Source of the DNA: an archaeon
GTDB lineage: Archaea > Methanobacteriota_B > Thermococci > Methanofastidiosales > NM3
DNA length: 54,671 bases
Reading direction: 5' to 3'
Assembly: GCA_004212155.1 (NCBI GenBank)
Contig: RXIG01000013.1
Location: 1 to 54,671 of the forward strand
Shown: positions 46,262-54,671 of the stretch, piece after piece
Position numbering within the stretch: position 1 is the first letter of the stretch
How the letters are laid out: every line of letters starts with the position of its first letter
The notes under the pieces: generated by a model
Told to the model about the DNA's origin: nothing
Database searches by the model: none
What the model saw: the letters and a program-made list of their open reading frames with translations, nothing else
Made by a program: the position numbers and the translations under genes

Positions 46262-48282
46262 AGGGTGCTGAAAAGGTTCAAAATGAAGCAGCAGAGTACA
46301 AAGCTCAATCTGGTGAAAACGAAATGGACCAAGAAGCGAACAAGACACCGAAGGTAGAAGGGTGTGAATTCGGCGATGTTGTCGATTGTGTCACATGCAA
46401 ACGCTGCTCACTCGTGTGCCCCACCGAGCTCGATCTTGAGAGGGTCGTACGGATCCACCGATATATCAAGGACTCATACGGGCAGGTAAAGGGGTCCCAC
46501 AGGGACGTCTTCCGGCTCGCCTCGAAGCTTTCGGGCATGGCCGACGCCCAGGGATGGCTTACAGGCATCGATGAAGGCGATGACATCGTTTTCTTCCCCG
46601 GCTGTGCAGCCCTATTTGATTTACTCCTCCAGCGAGACACCAATTACAGCGGCAATGCGAAGGCAGCGGCGCTCACGCTCAACAAGCTCGGCTACAAGCC
46701 CGAGATCGTCTACGGCTGCTGTGGGCACGACCTTTACTACTCGGGCGCACTCGATGAGTTCGAGTTGATCAAGGCTGAGAACATGGAAAAGCTCAAAGGC
46801 AAGAAAATCGTCGTCAGTTGTGCAGAGGGCTACCACATGTTCAAGAACATCTACGGTCTTGATGTCGTGGGATTCGAGGAGTTCGTTCTCGAACACAATC
46901 CAGAATTCGTCAACACTGATTTAAAGACCACGTACCACGACCCGTGCAGATACGGCCGTTACAACGAGGTATATGACGCACCACGTGAGGTGCTTAAAAA
47001 GGCCTCAGACTTCCGAGAGATGGAAAACATCCGCGAGGAGGCGATATGCTGTTCCGTATCGGCTTGGATGAACTGTAACAAGTACTCAAGGGACACGAGG
47101 AAAAAGCGTCTCGAGGAGGCCAAGGCAACGGGCGCGGACTACCTTGTTACCGCCTGTACGAAGTGCAGTATCCACCTCGACTGTATTCATTTCGAAAAGA
47201 ATAGTGAAGATGCAGAGGCGCTCGAGGATATCAAGATACTTGGTACCGCCCAGGTCGTAGGCTATGCGCTTGGCGTGTACGACCCCTTCAAGGAGGAAGT
47301 AGATTACATAGTTCCAGAGACTGCAGGCAAGTTCCTCGAACCACTCAAGATACAAAAGAACGTCGATCAGTATATCGATGATGAACTTCTCGACAACGCA
47401 TTCCTCTGCACGACATGTAAGAACTGCACCATCGTTTGCCCTAATCATCACGATACGGCAAGCATGATGGAGGAGTTCAGGTCGGAACTTGTAAAGAAAG
47501 ACCTTGGGCCTGAAAAGCATAGCAAGATCGCAAAGGCAATCATGAACACCGGTAACGCATTTGGCGAGAAGGAGCCGATGACGCCTCATCCCAACGAGAA
47601 GGCAGAGTACATTTACTACCCGGGCTGCGTTGCGAACTACCGTCGAGATGATGTTTACCAGGCCACCAAGAAGATTCTTGACCTGCTAGACGTCGACTAC
47701 GAGATCCCAGAGGGTCTCGTGTGCTGCGGCTCTGTCCTTAGAAGGGCAGGCCACGAGGACGAGTTCCAGGACATTCGAGAGAAGAACACGGAACTGCTCA
47801 GGGGTAAGAAGGTGATCTGTTCGTGTTCTGGTTGCTATGCAACGCTCAAGAAGGACTACGAGGGACTTGACGTCTACCACATCACCGACATCGTGAAGGA
47901 AAACATCGACAAGCTGCCGCTCAAGGAGGTCAAGAAGAAGGTCATGTACCATGACCCGTGCCACCTTGGCAGGAAGTTCGAATACTACGACATCCCTCGA
48001 GAGATCATCGAGGCAGTCCCCGGCGTCGAGCTCATCGCCTTCGAAAAGGAGAAGGAGAACGCCCAGTGTTGTGGTGCTGGCGGCGGTGTGAAGTCGGCAA
48101 AGCCCGACATCGCAAACAATCTCGCGAAGAAGAAGATGGACGAGGCCAAGGAGAAGGGTGCTGACATGGTCGTTTCGGCATGTCCGTTCTGTGAGCTCAA
48201 CCTCAACGACAACTGCGAGGAGATCCCTGTGGTCGACATCCTCAATCTTCTTATGGAGTCGCTCGGGGAGGTGAAGGAATGA
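46252..48282 (+). CDS. Duplicated HdrD-like protein (two ferredoxin plus CCG modules)
   Basis: Module 1: CVTCKRCSLVCP, FFPGC, GCCG, YHDPC, CCS, CTKC. Module 2: CTTCKNCTIVCP, YYPGC, CCGS, YHDPCHLG, CCGAGGG, CPFC. Alternative start ATG 46324 has a GGTGA SD. Confidence 0.88.
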   Translation: MPVEGAEKVQNEAAEYKAQSGENEMDQEANKTPKVEGCEFGDVVDCVTCKRCSLVCPTELDLERVVRIHRYIKDSYGQVKGSHRDVFRLASKLSGMADAQGWLTGIDEGDDIVFFPGCAALFDLLLQRDTNYSGNAKAAALTLNKLGYKPEIVYGCCGHDLYYSGALDEFELIKAENMEKLKGKKIVVSCAEGYHMFKNIYGLDVVGFEEFVLEHNPEFVNTDLKTTYHDPCRYGRYNEVYDAPREVLKKASDFREMENIREEAICCSVSAWMNCNKYSRDTRKKRLEEAKATGADYLVTACTKCSIHLDCIHFEKNSEDAEALEDIKILGTAQVVGYALGVYDPFKEEVDYIVPETAGKFLEPLKIQKNVDQYIDDELLDNAFLCTTCKNCTIVCPNHHDTASMMEEFRSELVKKDLGPEKHSKIAKAIMNTGNAFGEKEPMTPHPNEKAEYIYYPGCVANYRRDDVYQATKKILDLLDVDYEIPEGLVCCGSVLRRAGHEDEFQDIREKNTELLRGKKVICSCSGCYATLKKDYEGLDVYHITDIVKENIDKLPLKEVKKKVMYHDPCHLGRKFEYYDIPREIIEAVPGVELIAFEKEKENAQCCGAGGGVKSAKPDIANNLAKKKMDEAKEKGADMVVSACPFCELNLNDNCEEIPVVDILNLLMESLGEVKE

Positions 48283-48848
48283 GCCAGGAAGCAGCGGTTG
48301 AAGAGAAAAAGAAAGACGAATACGAACTCGACGAGTTCCAGAAGATCATGGATCAAAGCAACATCCTCAAGTGCGTCCAGTGCGGCAAGTGCACGGCAGG
48401 ATGTCCTGCAGGACGGGAGTCACGCATTCGCATACGTGAGCTCATCCATCTTGCCCACGAGGGAAAGGACCTCAAGGACGCGCCCGAGCTATGGTACTGC
48501 ACAACATGCTACAATTGCCAGGAACGATGCCCCAAGGGTGTCGACACCACCGAGGCAGTGATATTCCTGCGCAACAGGGCAGTCCGTAAGGGTCACCACA
48601 ACTTCCCGGACCTCCACGTTACCGCCATCACGTCACTTCGCGACCAGGGCGATGGCTTCCCACTGAGTCCCGAGGTGGAAAAGATCCGCTCGGTCATCGG
48701 CCTTCCGCGAAAACCTATCGACCTGGCCCATGACGAGGAGTTCCTTAAGGACTTCCAGAAACTCATCGACGAACTGGGCATCCTCGACCTCGTCAAAGAG
48801 GCACAGGCCCAAAAGAAGGAAGAAGAGGAAGGTGAGGAAGATGAGTGA
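48279..48848 (+). CDS. hdrC: Heterodisulfide reductase subunit C
   Basis: CVQCGKCTAGCP and WYCTTCYNCQERCPKG. Confidence 0.92.
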   Translation: MSQEAAVEEKKKDEYELDEFQKIMDQSNILKCVQCGKCTAGCPAGRESRIRIRELIHLAHEGKDLKDAPELWYCTTCYNCQERCPKGVDTTEAVIFLRNRAVRKGHHNFPDLHVTAITSLRDQGDGFPLSPEVEKIRSVIGLPRKPIDLAHDEEFLKDFQKLIDELGILDLVKEAQAQKKEEEEGEEDE

Positions 48849-49788
48849 ACAGCAGGTTACTCAGGAACAAAACGAGTCACAGGAACAGCAGGTGGCCCAG
48901 GAGCAAGTGCCGGAGCGATTCTCGCTCTTCCCTGGATGCATCGCCAAGAACATGTACCCATCGATCGAGAAGTCGACCCGCATCGTCTTCGAGAAGATCG
49001 GCATCGAGCTGCTCGATCACAAGTATTCCTGCTGCCCGGCGCCTGGTGTGTTCCGAGGATATGACAGGAACACCCACATGACCCTCGGAGTGAGAAATCT
49101 CGTCATGGCCAATCAGGACGGCGTGGACGTCCTTACGATATGCAACGGATGCTACGGATCCCTTTGGGAAGCCAATCACATGTTCAAGAAGAGCAAGGAG
49201 AATCAGGAGTTTGTCAACAAGATGCTTGAAAAGATTGGACTCTCCTACGATGGTTCCACAGAGGTCTACCACTTCGCCGACATCCTTCACAAGCACCTCG
49301 ATGACATTAAGGCCAACAAGGAGATCGACCTCGGCCTCAAGGTCGCTATCCACTACGGATGCCACTACCTTCGTCCGTCTGAGAAGCATCCCGACATCAA
49401 TCCAGAGGCCCCCCATATCGTTGAGGACATCGTCGAGGCGCTCGGATGCGAGAGCTTGGAGTTCAAGAACAAGCTTTCCTGCTGCGGTGCAGGCGGCGGC
49501 GTGTGGAGCGGGGCAGAAGATGTTGCGCTCAAGATACTTGATGACAAGATGAACAAGATCGAGGAGGTCGGAGCAGACTGTGTCGTCAACATCTGTCCGT
49601 TCTGCCACCTGCAGCTCGACCAGGGCCAGGCGAAACTCAAGACGCACAAGGTCCCCGTGCTTCATCTCAGCGAGCTCATCGGTCTTGCGTTCGGTGTGCG
49701 ACCCAAGCACCTTGCCATGCACACGCACATGGTCTCCACACGTGACATCGAGAAGAAGGTCAAGAAGGCCAAGAAGGAATCAGACTGA
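48841..49788 (+). CDS. hdrB: Heterodisulfide reductase subunit B
   Basis: FPGC, SCCPAPG, TICNGCYGSL, HYGCH, CCGAGGG, CPFCHLQLD; ATG at 48841 after an AGGTGAGG SD. Confidence 0.93.
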   Translation: MSEQQVTQEQNESQEQQVAQEQVPERFSLFPGCIAKNMYPSIEKSTRIVFEKIGIELLDHKYSCCPAPGVFRGYDRNTHMTLGVRNLVMANQDGVDVLTICNGCYGSLWEANHMFKKSKENQEFVNKMLEKIGLSYDGSTEVYHFADILHKHLDDIKANKEIDLGLKVAIHYGCHYLRPSEKHPDINPEAPHIVEDIVEALGCESLEFKNKLSCCGAGGGVWSGAEDVALKILDDKMNKIEEVGADCVVNICPFCHLQLDQGQAKLKTHKVPVLHLSELIGLAFGVRPKHLAMHTHMVSTRDIEKKVKKAKKESD

Positions 49789-49833
49789 TTTCCTTCTCTA
49801 TTTTCTTCTTTTTCTTTGATTATTTTTTATTTT
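49789..49833 (+). terminator. U-rich terminator of the hdr operon
   Basis: Long T-rich tract directly after the hdrB stop. Confidence 0.6.
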
Positions 49834-49954
49834 TGAAATAATTCAATTCAAGATTCTTTTCTTAGGATATTACTCAGTTATACTCCTTTTCTGCACATGT
49901 TAGGCGCTAACTATTAATATTTCAATCTCCATAGGTAATATGGGAGGGGTGTAT

Positions 49955-50068
49955 GTGGAAACGATAGAGAAGCACATCTGCCCGCAATGCGGGAATGAGA
50001 TGAGCTATTTCGTAAACCCGTGGAGCCACGAGAAAGAGTGGTACTGCGAACATTGCGACATGGAGTGA
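49955..50068 (+). CDS. CPxCG-type zinc-ribbon microprotein (37 aa)
   Basis: Not in the ORF track. GGAGGGG SD, then GTG; METIEKHICPQCGNEMSYFVNPWSHEKEWYCEHCDME; T-tract downstream. Confidence 0.75.
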   Translation: METIEKHICPQCGNEMSYFVNPWSHEKEWYCEHCDME

Positions 50069-50178
50069 TCCTGTCGAACTGCGATGATAAGCGCCTTTAT
50101 TTTATTTTTTTATATTTTTAGGTATCGCAATACCATAAAATTTATATACTCATATTAATACTATACTTAGGTGTAACA

Positions 50179-50448
50179 ATGAATAAGAGATCACTACTCG
50201 TATTTGGATTATTTTGGGCACTGCTCGTACCCATAGTGTCGGCCGGTGCAGTAGCATGCGACGGACTCTACTGGGGTGACAGTATAGGTGAGCCGACTGG
50301 GACCGCGGACGTCGGAAATGGCCACATGAAATGTCTATCACCTCCTGGGGCAGAACAGGCCATGAACAATGCACCGATAGAGATCCCACCGTTCCAAGGG
50401 CAAGACGATATTGTCACGATCACGAGCGGTCTCTACTGGGGCGATTGA
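50179..50448 (+). CDS. Small secreted protein (89 aa) with two GLYWGD motifs
   Basis: TATA box at about 50141-50148, AGGTG SD, signal peptide MNKRSLLVFGLFWALLVPIVSA, T-tract after the stop. Confidence 0.7.
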   Translation: MNKRSLLVFGLFWALLVPIVSAGAVACDGLYWGDSIGEPTGTADVGNGHMKCLSPPGAEQAMNNAPIEIPPFQGQDDIVTITSGLYWGD

Positions 50449-50723
50449 TCGCCCCTCTCTTAACCTTTTTTTCGTTCTACTTCTTGCCATTTTCCACTAA
50501 CCGCATAGCGATATAGCGGGGCACTGAGTAATCTTCTATGCAATCTCTTGCTGATCTGCGTAGCGTATGTGCCATATGTGAATTTGGCCACAAGAGGGGA
50601 CCTTTTACCTTCCTTTCTGTCGAAACGCCGTTATGCACCGTCTGTTATGTGGAAGCTCCTGCTCTTAGAAAAGGTTATTAATCATCCATACGACATCGTA
50701 GTAACAATCCCTGCGGTGACACA

Positions 50724-52517
50724 ATGGCTGATGATTCTCAATCCACCTCCCTCTCTGGCAGTTCTATCTACAAGGCACTGGACTTCCACAAGGTCGGCCT
50801 TATTATCGGCCTCATCGTCTTTGTTGCCATTGTGCTCGCACCCCATCCCGCATCCATGGACCGCAGCGGTTACAATGAGCTTACCTCTCGGCTGCCTGAT
50901 GAGACACTCGTTCGTATAGACAATGAGTTCGGGCCCGTCAACGAGGACAACTTCAAAGAGTTCCTAGAATACTCCAAGACCATACGCGTGGCCACAGGGT
51001 CCACCTCACCGCGCTTCATCACTGAGGAGGCCTACCATGCGCTGGACGACACGTCGTCGTTCAAGGGCCCCACAACGCTCTATGAGCTCATCAAGGGGCA
51101 GGGGAGGGCGCAGATGCGGGTGTTGGCCCTCGCCCTGCTCATGGCCATCTGGTGGATCACAGAGGCCGTTCCCGTACCGCTCACCGCCTTGCTCCCGATG
51201 GTGCTCCTCCCCATGTTGCGCGTGTGCAACTTTCGCTACGCGGTCTATCCTGGGTACTTCTCGGCCTTCGAGCAGTATGCCCACTACCTCATCTTCCTCT
51301 TCCTCGGCGGGTTTGTCATCGCAGCAGCGATGCGCCGCTGGGGCCTGGACAAGCGCATATCGCTTACTATCCTTAGCATCTTCGGCACGAAACCCTCGCG
51401 CATCATCCTCGGATTCATGGTATCGACAGCTTTTCTTTCGATGTGGATATCAAACACCGCGACGACGGCGCTCATGATGCCGGTCGCGCTGGCGGTCCTC
51501 ACACAGGCGAAGGTGCGGCCTGGCGAAAGTGGGTTCGGCCTTGGCCTCATGCTCTCAATCGCCTATGCGGCATCGATCGGCGGCATAGGCACGCTCATCG
51601 GCACGCCGCCCAACGGCATCGCCGCCGGGTTCATCTCTCAGTTCGTGGGCAAGGAGGTGACGTTTGCCTCGTGGATGCGCATAGGCCTTCCTCTCGTCGT
51701 GATATTCCTTCCCATCGCCTGGCGCTACATCCTGTGGCGCTGTCCTCCTGAGACCACGGAGCTAGAAGGGGGAAAAAACGTCATCAAGGACAATCTGGGA
51801 AAGCTCGGCGCACTCTCGCGCGGGGAAAAGAACACCCTGGCCGTCTTTTTGGTCACCGCCGTGCTCTGGGCGACCCGTTCGTCGATCGTCATCGGTGATA
51901 CGACGATCATCATAGGTTGGTCCACGTGGTTTGGTGGCTACTTCTCGTGGGTGCACGACAGTACCGTCTCGATACTTGCGGTGATACTTCTCTTCCTTTT
52001 GCCTGTGAACTTCAGGAGCGCCACGTTCACCATTGACTGGAAATCAGTGGAAAAGTATGTCCCGTGGGGGACTCTCCTGCTCTTTGGCGGTGGCCTGACG
52101 CTCGGTCAGGCGGTAGCCAATACGGGAATGGCATCATGGGTCGCATCGTATCTCACGATGCTTGCGTCCGTACCAATCATCATACTCCTCTTTGCTATCG
52201 TTGCGCTCTCGGTCCTGCTCTCGGAAGTCACCTCCAACACTGGCACGGCCTCGATGCTGATGCCGGTGATGTTTGCCCTGGGCACTGCCATGGGTAGGGA
52301 TCCTTCCGCATTCATGATCACAGCCGCTGTCGCCACGTCGCTCGTGTTCATGTTGCCGGTCGCGACACCACCCAATGCCATCGTCTTCGGCACAGGCTAC
52401 GTCAAGATCGATAAAATGGCAAAGACAGGCATCTTTCTTGACATGATCGGCATCATCGTATGGACGCTCGTGCTCTACTTCATCGTGGGCAAGTTCTTTG
52501 GCATCGTACTCATCTAG
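50724..52517 (+). CDS. SLC13/DASS family sodium:dicarboxylate/sulfate symporter with an extracellular insert
   Basis: WWITEAVP, FLSMWISNTAT, SIGGIGTLIGTPPN, LLLFGGG, EVTSNT, MLPVATPPNAIVFG. Confidence 0.93.
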   Translation: MADDSQSTSLSGSSIYKALDFHKVGLIIGLIVFVAIVLAPHPASMDRSGYNELTSRLPDETLVRIDNEFGPVNEDNFKEFLEYSKTIRVATGSTSPRFITEEAYHALDDTSSFKGPTTLYELIKGQGRAQMRVLALALLMAIWWITEAVPVPLTALLPMVLLPMLRVCNFRYAVYPGYFSAFEQYAHYLIFLFLGGFVIAAAMRRWGLDKRISLTILSIFGTKPSRIILGFMVSTAFLSMWISNTATTALMMPVALAVLTQAKVRPGESGFGLGLMLSIAYAASIGGIGTLIGTPPNGIAAGFISQFVGKEVTFASWMRIGLPLVVIFLPIAWRYILWRCPPETTELEGGKNVIKDNLGKLGALSRGEKNTLAVFLVTAVLWATRSSIVIGDTTIIIGWSTWFGGYFSWVHDSTVSILAVILLFLLPVNFRSATFTIDWKSVEKYVPWGTLLLFGGGLTLGQAVANTGMASWVASYLTMLASVPIIILLFAIVALSVLLSEVTSNTGTASMLMPVMFALGTAMGRDPSAFMITAAVATSLVFMLPVATPPNAIVFGTGYVKIDKMAKTGIFLDMIGIIVWTLVLYFIVGKFFGIVLI

Positions 52518-53484
52518 GACGCATCCGTTTGGTGATGCCCGTGATGATGTCGTTGGAAAAGTCGAAGAGCACGCCGCGCTCATCGCCGAGCGTGACCTCC
52601 ATTCGCTTCGAGTCGTTGACCGTTCCGATCACGGCACAGTCAACGCCGTGCTTCGTGAAGAGCCCGCAGACGTCGCTGGTGCGTTTCGGGTCGCAGGTGA
52701 GGATGAATCCGAAGCCGGGATACATCTTGAGCCACGTGTCGAGTTCAAGCGCCTCAGGGCGCGGTATGGCGTCAATATCGATCGTGGCGCCCACCTCCGA
52801 CGTCTCGAGGAGCATTCCGATCGTGCCAAGCAATCCAGGATTTGATATGTCCTTGCACGCAGTGGCGTACCCTTTCTCGGCTACCTCGACGATGCAGTCA
52901 AGCCGCGCCACCACATCCTCGGGAGACTTCATCGACGTCGAGTCCCAGTTGAGGAACTCATCGTGCTGCTCGCCTGTCGTGTCGACGACCACGATGATTT
53001 CTTGACCTGGCGTGGCGTCAAACGAAGTCAGCACGCGCGTGGCCTTGCCGATGATCGAGATCGAAAGCGATTCCGTCTGAGTGTTGGGGTGGAGGTGTCC
53101 GCCGACCATGGGAACCTTGAACTTCTTACATCCTCTGCAAATCCCCTCGATGATGCGGGGACAGTTCTTCTCGTCCTTTATGGACATCACGTTGGTGAGC
53201 GCAAGGGGGCGCCCCCCCATGGCGTATATGTCGTTGACGTTGGCCAGCACGGCGCAGTAACCCGCCCACACTGGATCGCGGTCCATGAGCTTTGACCAAA
53301 TGCCATCGGCCGCAAACAAGAGGTAGCCGTCGTCGGTCTTGAGAACGGCGCTGTCGTCGCCAAATGATATTTCCGTATGTCCGAAGTCGTCCACTTCTGA
53401 AAAACACGTAGTAAGCGTCTTGATAGGATTCTTGCGTGTAACGCCCTCGTATTCCCGTATTGATTTGATGATGGTCTCGAGCAT
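52510..53484 (-). CDS. Methanogenesis marker protein 2 (AIR synthase/PurM-like superfamily)
   Basis: IREYEGVTRK, FGDDSAV, AADGIW, NVNDIYAMGGRP, GGHLHP, WDSTS, KDISNPGLLGTIGMLLETS, C-terminal ITGI. Confidence 0.85.
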   Translation of the reverse strand: MLETIIKSIREYEGVTRKNPIKTLTTCFSEVDDFGHTEISFGDDSAVLKTDDGYLLFAADGIWSKLMDRDPVWAGYCAVLANVNDIYAMGGRPLALTNVMSIKDEKNCPRIIEGICRGCKKFKVPMVGGHLHPNTQTESLSISIIGKATRVLTSFDATPGQEIIVVVDTTGEQHDEFLNWDSTSMKSPEDVVARLDCIVEVAEKGYATACKDISNPGLLGTIGMLLETSEVGATIDIDAIPRPEALELDTWLKMYPGFGFILTCDPKRTSDVCGLFTKHGVDCAVIGTVNDSKRMEVTLGDERGVLFDFSNDIITGITKRMRPR

Positions 53485-54225
53485 CTAGTCACCTTCCGTT
53501 CTCATCTTGGCCAAAATGTCCTTCCTGACCTCGATAAATGATTGCTCCGTTCGGTCCCGCGGCCGCGGGAGCGTGATCGGCACCTCGTACTTGACCTTCG
53601 TCGGTCTGGGAGTGAGGATCAAGACCCTGTCTGCCAGATAGACCGCCTCGTCGACGTTATGCGTGATGAATATGACCGTGCTTTTCGTTTCCTCCCAGAT
53701 CTTGAGCACTTCTTGCTGGAGGATGTTTCGGGTCTGGGCATCCAGGGACACGAACGGTTCGTCCATGAGGAGGATGTCGGGATCGATGGAAAAAGCCCGT
53801 GCGATAGCCACCCGCTTTTGCATGCCCCCTGAGAGCTCCCTGGGATACGATGTCTCGAATCCCTCCAGTCCCATGAGCGAGATGAGCCGGGAGACCTCCT
53901 TTTTTATCTCCTTTTCATCACGACCCTCGATCTCGAGACCGAACGCGATGTTGTCCCATACAGACCTCCACGGCAGGAGCGACTCGCCCTGAAAGACGAA
54001 CCCGATCGAGTGGTTCTTGGTCATCCATATGATCGATCCGGACGTTGGGGTATCGAGTCCGGCTATGATGCGCAGTATTGTCGTCTTGCCGCAACCGCTC
54101 GGTCCGACAAGGCATACGAACTCACCATCCCTGACATCGAACGTTAGGTCTTCTACCGCCTTTACCTGCGTCTCCTTCTCAGTGGTGAAGGTCTTGCTGA
54201 GATTGTTGATTTTCATCATTTCCAT
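53485..54225 (-). CDS. ABC transporter ATP-binding protein, nitrate/sulfonate/taurine (SsuB/TauB) type
   Basis: GPSGCGKTT, LLPW, LSGGMQKR, LLMDEPF, ITHNVDEA.LADR, LPRPRDR; ATG at 54225. Confidence 0.93.
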   Translation of the reverse strand: MEMMKINNLSKTFTTEKETQVKAVEDLTFDVRDGEFVCLVGPSGCGKTTILRIIAGLDTPTSGSIIWMTKNHSIGFVFQGESLLPWRSVWDNIAFGLEIEGRDEKEIKKEVSRLISLMGLEGFETSYPRELSGGMQKRVAIARAFSIDPDILLMDEPFVSLDAQTRNILQQEVLKIWEETKSTVIFITHNVDEAVYLADRVLILTPRPTKVKYEVPITLPRPRDRTEQSFIEVRKDILAKMRTEGD

Positions 54226-54230
54226 ATGAA

Positions 54231-54671
54231 TCACGTGTGTTTCACATTCCGCCAGGAAAAGTAGCGTTTCTCCACGAACTTGAAGGTCCTGTCGATGGCA
54301 AGCCCTATGACGCCTATGTAGACGATACCGGCGATGATTATCGAGACGTTGCCGATGTAGTTTGCCTGCCATATGAGGTATCCGAGGCCCGAGGGCGCTA
54401 TCCCGGGCATCATCTCGGCTGCGACGAGACACATCCATGCAATGCCCATGCCGATGCGCAATCCGGTGACGATATAGGGTGCGGCAGAGGGGATGACGAT
54501 CTTTTTCAAGATCTGGTACTCTCCCGCCTTGAACGTCTTTGCCACCTCTATGAGTCCGCTGTTCACGTTCTTGACGCCCTCTATCGTATTGACGAGGATG
54601 GGGAAGAACGCACCTATGAATATGATGATGATGGAAGAGCGCAGCCCCAGCCCGAACCAGGCCAGTATGAG
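54231..54671 (-). CDS. ABC transporter permease, SsuC/TauC type (partial, 5' end outside the window)
   Basis: WFGLG, AFFPIL, EAA-like 'IEVAKTFKAG', TGLRIGMGIAWMCLVAAEM, GLGYLI. Confidence 0.9.
   Translation of the reverse strand, partial: LILAWFGLGLRSSIIIIFIGAFFPILVNTIEGVKNVNSGLIEVAKTFKAGEYQILKKIVIPSAAPYIVTGLRIGMGIAWMCLVAAEMMPGIAPSGLGYLIWQANYIGNVSIIIAGIVYIGVIGLAIDRTFKFVEKRYFSWRNVKHT

Noticed and set aside
48847-48906. EQQVTQEQ/EQQVAQEQ micro-duplication at the HdrB N-terminus
   Set aside because: Real but trivial low-complexity extension with no functional implication I can support.
38974-49788. Selenocysteine or pyrrolysine read-through in the Hdr/MvhD genes
   Set aside because: All ORFs are complete with Cys codons at the ligand positions, and no in-frame TGA/TAG splits a domain.

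Overview
Archaeal genomic window. It looks euryarchaeal: Thermococci/Methanofastidiosales-like gene order is inferred from gene content, not from a search. About 21 kb (7748-29021) is the core translation/transcription superoperon: rpl3 to secY, the EMC3-like gene, rpl34e, cmk, rpl14e, cbf5, tRNA-Ser, rps13/4/11, rpoD, tRNA-Leu, rpl18e/13, rps9, rpoN, tRNA-Pro, an enolase-like gene and rps2. Departures from the usual cluster: adk and rpoK are absent from their usual slots, the enolase is a 192-aa internally deleted form, eL32 has an apparently duplicated and charge-reversed C-terminal module, uS3 has a repeat-expanded tail, and several spacers look like structured RNAs. The left flank has two tandem paralogous membrane transporters and a cell-surface trio (DUF4350-like protein, deacetylase, M1 peptidase), two of which end in a PxPY-TM-basic tail. 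The middle has an intron-containing tRNA-Leu(TAA), uppP, a Thr-rich lipoprotein with a probable ATA start, SatP, a CxxC-x17-CxxC protein with a DEAD-box helicase, DUF2124, a SelB-like protein, tRNA-Tyr, a regulator, a NUDIX hydrolase and an orphan ORF behind a structured leader. The right part is an 11-kb, seven-gene heterodisulfide-reductase-like operon (double HdrA, MvhD-HTH fusion, HdrD-like, HdrA-MvhD, double HdrD-like, HdrC, HdrB) with no hydrogenase or formate dehydrogenase catalytic subunit. After it come two microproteins, a DASS transporter, and methanogenesis marker protein 2 coupled to a sulfonate-type ABC transporter. No CRISPR array, rRNA, integrase or transposase was seen. All calls come from motif recognition by eye; no database searches were run.
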